Below, piece by piece: positions 45,392 to 53,525 of a DNA stretch of 53,525 nucleotides. The first letter of the stretch is position 1; each line of letters begins with the position of its first letter. This stretch comes from Pocillopora damicornis. Taxonomy: Eukaryota. The notes under the pieces are model-generated. The model had not been told where the DNA came from, ran no database searches, and saw nothing but the letters and a program-made list of their open reading frames with translations. The stretch is taken from contig NW_020843751.1 of assembly GCF_003704095.1 (NCBI RefSeq), forward strand, positions 248,001 through 301,525, given 5' to 3'. The translations under genes and the position numbers were made by a program.

Positions 45392-46329
45392 TTCTCAGCT
45401 AAGAGCTCGCACGGATTAACAATTAAACCCGAAAATTCATATGCAGCTACAAAGAACACGACGTTGTTAGAAACGAACAGGGTTTTTTTCTCTTCGGGTG
45501 TTTTTCACAGACAAGTTTTTGGCCGATTCTTTCTGAATGGTGTATTCTATCAAATAGCGGCCATATTCAGAGTTGCTTGCCGGTAAATATTAGTCTTCCA
45601 GCTATGAATTAGTATACATGGAAATTATGACACCGACAGCGTTTTGAGAGGCGGCGTCAATAGTCGATTTTTGGCAATTTTGGAGACCATTTTCAAATGA
45701 ACAAGTTACACTCGGGAGTCAAAAGAGGAGAGTGGTAAATGTTTATGGACACTTTTTAATTCCGGTTATAAAAATAAAGTTTCCTACAGCTATGCAGTTT
45801 TCTCCTGGTCCCTAGAATGAGGACAAATAATACTTACATAACAACTCATTAGGAATATCGAATGGCGGGAGTCATGACGCCAGAGGCGTAAGAGCATGTT
45901 CAGTCGTTTTTCGTCAGCACGAACACAGCAGCAAAATGAGTGCACATGCATTGAGCGTCTAGGCTATGATTCTTCTGCAAACATAGGCTGATGCGTAGCC
46001 ATGTTACGGCTGCTCAACTTCAGCCATTAAATGCGCACCTGTAACCACAATACGTTTTTGTTGAGAGAGATATGTGACGAAGGAGGGTCGACAGAAACTT
46101 TCCTGGAGAAGGCAACCCTTTTCTGTTTTGGTTTGGGCTTATCCCCACGAAATAAGAACAAACAATAGAAATTTTAAAAAGGCCGCCATTTTACCTCGGT
46201 AGTGTTACTATGGAAGTATTGTCGTTCCCATTCCTTTGCACGCGTAACTTTCTCGCGAGTTACAAGCATGCGCCTTCGTTTTGCCGCTGTATCGTCAGCA
46301 CAAACATATTTAAGTGTGCTGCATCGGTT

Positions 46330-47728
46330 CCAACACCTGCTTCTTCGACGCTTTCTGTTCTTCCCGCGAGTGGTAGACCAGCAGATGCAACAGGTTCCAC
46401 TGCCTCGCGCGTACCACTAGTAACTACCATCTCATGGCTTCCTCCCTGGGTATCTTGTGTGTCTTGAGGCGTTCTTCCTGATGTTCCAGTAATTACCAGC
46501 TCGTCGCCACAAGCTTGGGTACCCTGACCGGTTATAACCACTGTCTCTGATGTCTCAAGTCGCGAATGAGGGTTTGGGTTAGTCGCACAACAAATCTGCA
46601 CTCGAATTTTAACTGTAAGGAGAAAAAGTATCATTATTTGCAGCGACTAGCCACTTACAACAAAGGCAAAGCAGGCTATTAACATGAGTGGTCGTCCGGC
46701 TAAAGTCAAGTAACTATATATTAACTAATTGAAATTTTTTTTATGCTTCAAAAATATACCAGGCCATTTCTGTCAAAATAAGGGCACAATGTGCACCGTA
46801 CAGGTAACCCTGATACGTTGCGTAAGTGTCTATGTTAGAGGAAAATACCTTACTAATAACAGATATACAGAATAAATCAACAAGCTGACCTCCAGCTGAG
46901 GAATTGGGTCGGCCATCTATGTCTAATCGATCTTTGATGTCTTTGACGTCTTGCCTTAAGTGCTGCACTTGTTGGGCTGCAGATTCTACTTTCCCTCCAA
47001 GCTCATCTTTAATATCTTGGGCTTTTTCTTGAACCTCTTGTCTTAAGGATCGAGCTTCTTTCTACAAATGCTTCATTGAAGATTCAACCTTTTCAAGGTA
47101 TTTCTTTACTTCTGTATCATTCTGGTACCAGCGCTGCAATTCCTGCTCGTGCCTCTTGTCTTCCTCTGTAAGGGGATCTTTTAAAAATTTATCAATAGCA
47201 GTCTTCCATTCTTTTGACTTCGCAGGGCTGATTTGACCCGCAATTCTCACCAGGCCTCGCTGATTTCTCTCCAAAGACGTGACAACTCATTACCTGCTAA
47301 TTCCATGTTCTCGTTCACATGGCCATGTATCGAATTGCGGTAATACTTAATTCTCGCTAAATCAGCTCCAAAGCTGTGGTCTGTATTTAAAGGAAAACAA
47401 TCCCAGCCCATGACAGGAGGGGTGAGGCCGCATATTGTCCTCAACAACCGGAAAAGGAGAGTTATATCAAAGTCTGTTGACTTTCCATACGTCCCTGCAG
47501 AAGGGTATAGGCAGTCCCACTGTGGTTTGGTGAGCTTTGCTGCCTTAAGGAGCTTTTCTGTGGCTGGATTCTGAAGTGTTGCGGGTAGATTACTTGTGGA
47601 CATTTAACGTCAAAAACCTCCCTCAATAGCACAGTACCTCCACTTATTAAAAGCCGAGCCAAACGTTGAAAATTATCTCTCCCTTTCGAAGAACGAAACA
47701 CCTCATCTGGGTCCGGAGCGGCTGCCAT
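46330..47728 (-). pseudogene. HEPN paralog copy 3 (exon 46890-47728 plus truncated exon 2, 46330-46612)
   Basis: Same sequence family (RIKYYRNSIHGH) with 1-nt frameshifts near 47597 and 47255 and a TAG at 47062-47064. Exon 2 homology (VKIRVQI...QGTQACGDELV) stops before the TRADD-N-like part. Confidence 0.88.
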
Positions 47729-49419
47729 TTTTAAAGAAGGAAAAACTGAGGCAGGATCAGTTACCATACCTTCCTTGCGACTGCAACCCAAACTGTGAAA
47801 AAGATCAATGGAATGAATGATTAATCTCGCAGAAGACAGATATGGCTAATATAAATCGTCCCTGCATAAATAGGTTAGATGGAGGATCAGAGGATCAAAA
47901 CGGATTGCTTTCAATAATACTTAGACATTTTCATTCCACATTATGTGTGTATGATTTTGCTGGCACGGAATTGGTATTCAGCAACTCACATGCGCTTTTC
48001 TGAAGGCTATCTAAGAAGAGAAATTTTACAAAAATACCTGAAATACTCTGATCTTAGCCCCTTTAACAAAAGCGACATATATTTATAGTGGGTCGAACAA
48101 ATGACTTGAAATCTCCAGACCTACGTCCTTATTTAAATCACATTTAAGGACAGTTCGCACAAAAAGTTTATAATCCTTTTACTTTTCAAGCTTTTCAGTT
48201 TACGGCAGCGCTGATGAAAACTTAAAAACGCAAATGACACAGAAGCCTGATGTCCGTTTACTTTTTATCTATTTTTTTATACCATAAATAAATTAAAGAT
48301 GAGAAAGTTTAGCACTAATACAGCTATTTAGGTTCTGAATTTCACCTGGTTATCAAAAGACTCTATTTAAGGACTTGAATACATTGTTCAGTCACAAGAG
48401 ACTTGAAATACGTTTGCTCAAAGAAGGGAAACTAGGCGGGCTGGAATGTGTAGTACATTGCGTGACACAAGACAGAAAACACTTAGCAGTCACGATCGGC
48501 ATGGTTGATTGCCACCCACTGCGTCTACTCCCTATGATTTACAGGAATAGATACACAAATTTCATATCATCATTCTCTCCCGAGGTAACTATGTATGATG
48601 CATCACTTATCAAAAACAATTTTTTTATACTTGCTGGAGCAGGGTAATGATAACAAGATAAGGACACGCTGGCTGCTATGATCATTATCTGTAAAGGAAT
48701 TAATTGATTGACCTCAACCTAAATTTCAACCGAACAGGAACTGAGCGAGGCTTAAAATACTAGTAATATTCTGATTGAGCTGGTTTGCCAGTAAATCATC
48801 CTTCAAGTATCGCAAACGACATTTCTTAGAGATTCCAAACTAATGAAAATCTCTGAGATTTCCTATGGGAGCTGGTTCAAATACGGCACTCACTTGAATT
48901 GCGCTCACTTGACTGATTTCTCAATCACAAAAGCTATAACTTCAACAGATCTTCAGTCAAACTTTAAATGAAGAGTGGGAGATTAGCTCATGCAGAAAAA
49001 TGTCACATTAAGCTTCTTACCTTTAGAGTTTTTTCCTTTCGAGCTACATCGAACTTAAACGTCGTCACATGCGGAAGTGAATGGGTTCGCAATGTAACAT
49101 GGAAAAGCCCAACAAAAAAATAACATATGGACAGGGATGGTAGAGCATCGAATTGTCTTCCTTAGGTCAGTTTATCCTTTTCAAGACTTCTGGACATGCA
49201 ATTGCTACTCTTATTTTGTTCAAAGAATGGAGCCCTTCAGAAAAACACTTAATTATTTTCCATTTTTGATTCTATTGTCACATGCGCGATGTAGTATCGT
49301 TAATGGTTTATTTCTGGCTTTCGATCTCGGAAAATCACGAGAATCATTCCAGAGACATTCTTGTACAAGCCATTGACAATAAAACGAATTGAATCAATAA
49401 AAACAGGATAAGGCCGTGA

Positions 49420-49850
49420 TCTATTAGAATGCTCTGAACTTCCACAATGATCTCTTCCGGAATATCTTCCTCTGAGCCGAGTTCCTCTGAAAGGTAATCG
49501 TCTCGATTGGTGACCTTGTACGAACTTATCCATCAGTATGAGGGTAGTGGAACCCAATTCAGAAGTCACAAAAATATCCTTCTCTCTCAGGTCTACAAAA
49601 CATATTTCTCAGACGGATGATCATATATATCTCTGCTGGTTACTCAAAGAAATTAGCTTTTAATTTAAAATCACATCGAGACCATAATACTCTTTACCTA
49701 TGGAACTGTCAGTATATTTACTATTTCAAGCCAGCATTGGCTAAATCTGTCGCTTTAGGGCCACCTCCAACTGCCTCAATCACCATTCTCGACCAAACTA
49801 AGACAGCACTTTCACAAGTATCAGCTCTGAACATTAAATATCCTAAATAA
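49420..49850. repeat. Segmental duplicate of 42555-42655 plus 43060-43430, lacking the intervening ~400 bp
   Basis: Shared strings such as acaatgatctcttccg.aatatc, ttgtacgaacttatccatcagtatgagggta and cacaagtatcagctctgaaca. Confidence 0.8.
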
Positions 49851-50309
49851 TACACGCGTATAGGCGCATTCCACCCGCCCCATATAGGAAACAATAGGCT
49901 AAAAATATATATATGCATTAACGATTTTACAATGATTGTACAGAATGACGTGTTCTGATTGGTCAATGATGGTTCATATCTTGCCATAATCGCTCCGGGC
50001 TGGGTGATTATAATTGCTTTCATCTTAACTTTACAAACGGCCGAAGCACTGCCATGTTTTGCGTGGAGATGTTGCCCCCTCAGTGGTACAGATTTTCAAC
50101 GCGATAAGCGGTGGAGAAGATTTTGAAACTGACCTTCAACAGACAGACCGAATGAGGCGCTACGACTTCTAATCTCTTTCAGTACCGCTCCCAGTCAACT
50201 TAAATCGCTCCAACTGCACTCCTGAGGTCTTCCATGTTTTCATTGATTGCCTGAATCGCTGGCGTCTTCCCTTCAGCCACACTTCGTGGCTCCTCTAATA
50301 TATGAACAG

Positions 50310-50912
50310 TGATTTCTTGTAGGTCTTCCACGGATTTATTTACTTTTGCATCCTGTTTATACCAGTCGAACAGTTCCTGTACCTATCCTTCGTCCTCTGA
50401 TGTGAGGAGATCGTCCAGGAACTTACCAATAACTGCCTGCCAGTCATGCCTCTTTGAAGGGTGGATTTTGCCTGCAGTTGTTACAAGAGCTTCGCTGATT
50501 TCAAGCCACAAAAATAAGAACTGGAAGTCATCTGCTATCTATATATCAGACTTTACATGATCATACACTGCTTCCAAACTGTGATCTGTATTCAACGGTT
50601 GAGTATCCCACCCTGTGACGGGAGGGATGAGGCTGCAAATCGTCCTCAGAAATCAGAAGGGGAGAGTGACATCAAAATCTTTTGATTTGCCGTACACCCC
50701 TGGGAAGGAGTCTAAACAGTCCCGCTGTGGTTTTGCTGCTTTGAGCCGCTTTTTTATAGCTTGATTTTTCAATATTGTTGGAAGAGAAACTGATGGACAC
50801 CTAATGTCAAAAGTTCGGCTCCACCACTTATTAACAGTCAAGAAACACGGTGGAAATTATCTCTACTACTCGTCAAACGGGGTATTTCATTTGGTTTTGG
50901 AGCAACCGCCAT
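50310..50912 (-). pseudogene. HEPN paralog copy 4, strongly decayed
   Basis: MAVAPKPNEIPRLTSSRDNFHRVS*LLISGG...PGVYGKSKDFDVTL...RTICSLIPPVTGWD...TDHSLEAVYDHVKSDI*; several stops and frameshifts, and the catalytic segment is deleted. Confidence 0.8.
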
Positions 50913-51202
50913 TTTAAAAGAACGAGTGAATAACCGTCAGTTTCACAGACGATGATTCAAATTTCAGTGAGATTTCTGCATCGAAAGAGACGTTGAATTC
51001 GTAAGCACTGTCTCTGAGCAAACTAGGCAATGGTTAAACCTGTGAACGGAATCTTGGTCCATACACACAAAGTCCTCTCAAGGAGAATATTGACTGGGTA
51101 GTAAAGGAAAGGGCGTGGTACTATATACATTGACCATGTTTGTTTCATCACTGAATACGTGACAGCATAAGATCATCCATAGTATTTAATTAACTGCCTT
51201 AG

Positions 51203-51382
51203 TACCCTTACACCCCAACATCAGTAGGCATATTCTCCATACTGTTTTCTGTACATTTCCTAAGGTGTTAATGAGGTGAATTTTTTTCCTTTATTCTCGT
51301 GACCTTCATCACGATGTGTTTGAGGGGTGATACAGCAAGGAGAAATTAGATGCTTGTCACTTTTAGGGAAAGAAAAGGTTAA
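51203..51382. mobile_element. MITE copy (TTAA/CCCTTT superfamily)
   Basis: acccttacaccccaacatcagta.gcatattctccatactg...ggagaaattagatgcttgtcacttttaggg...aaggttaa; reverse orientation relative to 3192-3389. Confidence 0.6.
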
Positions 51383-51995
51383 CACGAACTGCATCGTTAC
51401 TTCTGTATACACTTGGAAAGGTTGGACACTGAGGGTTCGTCTAATTGCTATTAATAATTCGCATGTAGTAGTAAGGATAGAGATTTTCCAATGACCCTCT
51501 CCCCGTGCAATGCAACGCTCAGATGAAGCAGTTACAAGGTTCTTAACGTATCACAGAAGGGAAATAATGTTACTTTTTTTCAATTTCCTGAAAATTATTA
51601 TTTTATTCCTGCTAAATAAACACAAAGATCTAAAATTTTCCAAAATTTTTATTTTGGTATCTTTTTCACTTTTGGAGATATAAAGCAAAACGTGATTTGA
51701 GAGCAGAAGAGAAGGCGCAAGGTTTATGACACTTCACGTCAACTTCTTCTCGTCACCTAGTTAACAAATACAAAACCACTAATGATTTACGATCGCGCTA
51801 TGCAACGATATTTCATAATTTTGTAAAAACGACGCATTTTGTGATAAAGGTAGCGGCATTTTGTAAGGGCTTACACAATTTGTAAAAGGTACTGCAGCGT
51901 TTAGTAACCAAGGCGACCTACTCGTTTTCTTAATAAGGACTGTAGCAATTTTGTAATAATCGTTGGTCAACGCAATTTGGCACAGATATATTGAC

Positions 51996-52365
51996 ACATG
52001 GAACAGTTTACCGTCATCGGTAGTTGAACTTAACTTAATGAATAGTTTTAAGAAGGCTCTAAAATCAACATTATTTAACTTGGCCTATAAGTACAAAATT
52101 AAATTATTCTATATATTGTACATCATTTAATTATTCATCGTTTCAAAAGAATTTTTATCTTAGATATGTCTTCTTTACTTAGATTTTATACTTATATAAA
52201 TATATGCTTGTATGTAAAATGTTGCAGTGTGTGTATATATATATTGCATAGTATTAAATATTTACATTTGGGGTATAGTTTACAATGAGGATTAAGTTCC
52301 TCCCTTCTATAATCCTTTTTTAATAATAATATATTCTATATGTTATGATTTAAATAAAGATGTTA
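51996..52365 (+). mobile_element. 3' end of a 5'-truncated LINE (CR1/L2-like ORF2 tail plus AT-rich 3' UTR)
   Basis: TWNSLPSSVVELNLMNSFKKALKSTLF matches the typical ORF2 C-terminal WN.LP...FK..LK motif; AATAAA near 52352. Confidence 0.55.
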
Positions 52366-52724
52366 TAAAAAAAGTTGTTGTAATCTCAACTTTACCACAA
52401 AATCTGTTCAAAAGTAATACAACGATTATCGTTCGATGGAGCATTTTTTTCTTCCGAGATTTCGACTAGATCTCGGCGATATCTCCGAAGAAATGCCGGG
52501 AACCAATGGGGTCCATTTTTCTAAGATCAACAAATTTTTCATGTTCATTGTAACTTTTTTCTTCTTCTTATATGTACAGTTGTGGTGACGGTTTCTTGAA
52601 GTGGGGATGGCATTTGTCCTTAGCATTTGAAAGGTGAAACCTCCCCTCCCCCACTGAAAAAAAAAATCACGAATACAAACCTTGATCAACAATAAGCATA
52701 AATACATTAATTACAGTTTCATTT

Positions 52725-53525
52725 TTACTCATAATTTGAAATTAGTCTCAAGTTGGTGTCCTCGGAGATCTTTCTGGATAAGCTTTCAAGAGCAATTTGC
52801 ATTGGTGTGGCTAAAGCACAAAGTTTATATGAATCTCGATGCTCGCCAAAGATAATGCCAAAAGCTTCAAGATTTCTATCTTCATCTCTTTCAAAGAGTA
52901 CTGCTCCAGAATCTCCTTTAGTTGCAAACACTTTTGCATAACCAAGACCAAATGGATGATCTATACATAAGCAGTTCTTTAACCAAAGACGTTTACATAG
53001 AGTGGCTGTGTCTTTTTTACAAGAGTCACAAGCAGCAGCAGTAGACTCCAATTGCTCTCCAATTCCAGATTTTTTCTTACAACTTTGACAGAGTCTGACA
53101 CGTTTCAACACACTGACCAAACCCTCATTTTGGGCATTCACTTCATATAAGGAAGCACTGAGAAACATTGATGGTTGCACATGACGACCAGACTTAGTGA
53201 ATCCTGTGGTTCGGCCACTCTTGCACAGTTCTCCACTGGCTTTTAGTCTTGAACTGCATTCCCCACTTAGGTGATCTCCTGTTCCAATCATTTCAGCTGT
53301 TTGACTCTGTCTTAAACTATCAACTTCTTCTGGAGTCAACTCAGCCAGGGCAGCATCAACATAGTATTGTTGACCATCATTCCAAGTCACATTACCAGAA
53401 ATGCCAACAGAGTATTTTGCTATGACCCTGGGTGGTGTCAAACCTTTCTCAAAAGCTCTTTCATGCAGCTCTAAAGCTTCTAATTTCCTCTTTGTCACCT
53501 TTGCATGGTGTTGGTGGTTTTCTTT
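52725..53525 (-). CDS. C-terminal part of a trypsin-fold serine protease (Nal1-like) with a Cys4 insertion; frame is open to the window edge
   Basis: YVDAALAEL (candidate catalytic Asp), LCKSGRTTGFT, FATKGDSGAVLF (catalytic Ser), FGIIFG, LATPMQIALESL. CQSC...CDSC lies between these motifs. The catalytic His would be outside the window. Confidence 0.72.
   Translation of the reverse strand, partial: KENHQHHAKVTKRKLEALELHERAFEKGLTPPRVIAKYSVGISGNVTWNDGQQYYVDAALAELTPEEVDSLRQSQTAEMIGTGDHLSGECSSRLKASGELCKSGRTTGFTKSGRHVQPSMFLSASLYEVNAQNEGLVSVLKRVRLCQSCKKKSGIGEQLESTAAACDSCKKDTATLCKRLWLKNCLCIDHPFGLGYAKVFATKGDSGAVLFERDEDRNLEAFGIIFGEHRDSYKLCALATPMQIALESLSRKISEDTNLRLISNYE

Overview
Intron-rich animal genomic DNA, most consistent with a stony coral or other cnidarian (inferred from the gene families and repeats), on a draft scaffold with nine N-gaps. 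The left 31 kb is conserved: a possible first exon of a divergent gene (-), a complete 13-exon mitochondrial glycerol-3-phosphate dehydrogenase GPD2 (+), a complete 8-exon TMEM163-like metal transporter (+), a neurabin/spinophilin homolog (-) whose PDZ-bearing contig is in the opposite orientation, and a compact intronless CSRNP/AXUD1-like gene (-). The right 21 kb is a fast-evolving, immune-like region. It holds a degenerate poly-ubiquitin/UBL ORF, a spliced gene of DZIP3-type HEPN + coiled-coil repeats + TRADD-N-like + TPR with one in-frame TGA, four more HEPN paralogs in various states of decay, LINE fragments, and a trypsin-like (Nal1-like) serine protease with a Cys4 insert. A paralog of the poly-UBL leader exon lies downstream of another HEPN copy on the same strand, which suggests the poly-UBL exon may belong to the HEPN-TPR gene. 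Also present are TTAA-flanked MITEs, an inverted pair of degenerate minimal hammerhead-ribozyme motifs and an overlapping IRF/NF-kB site. All domain calls are by eye; no searches were run.
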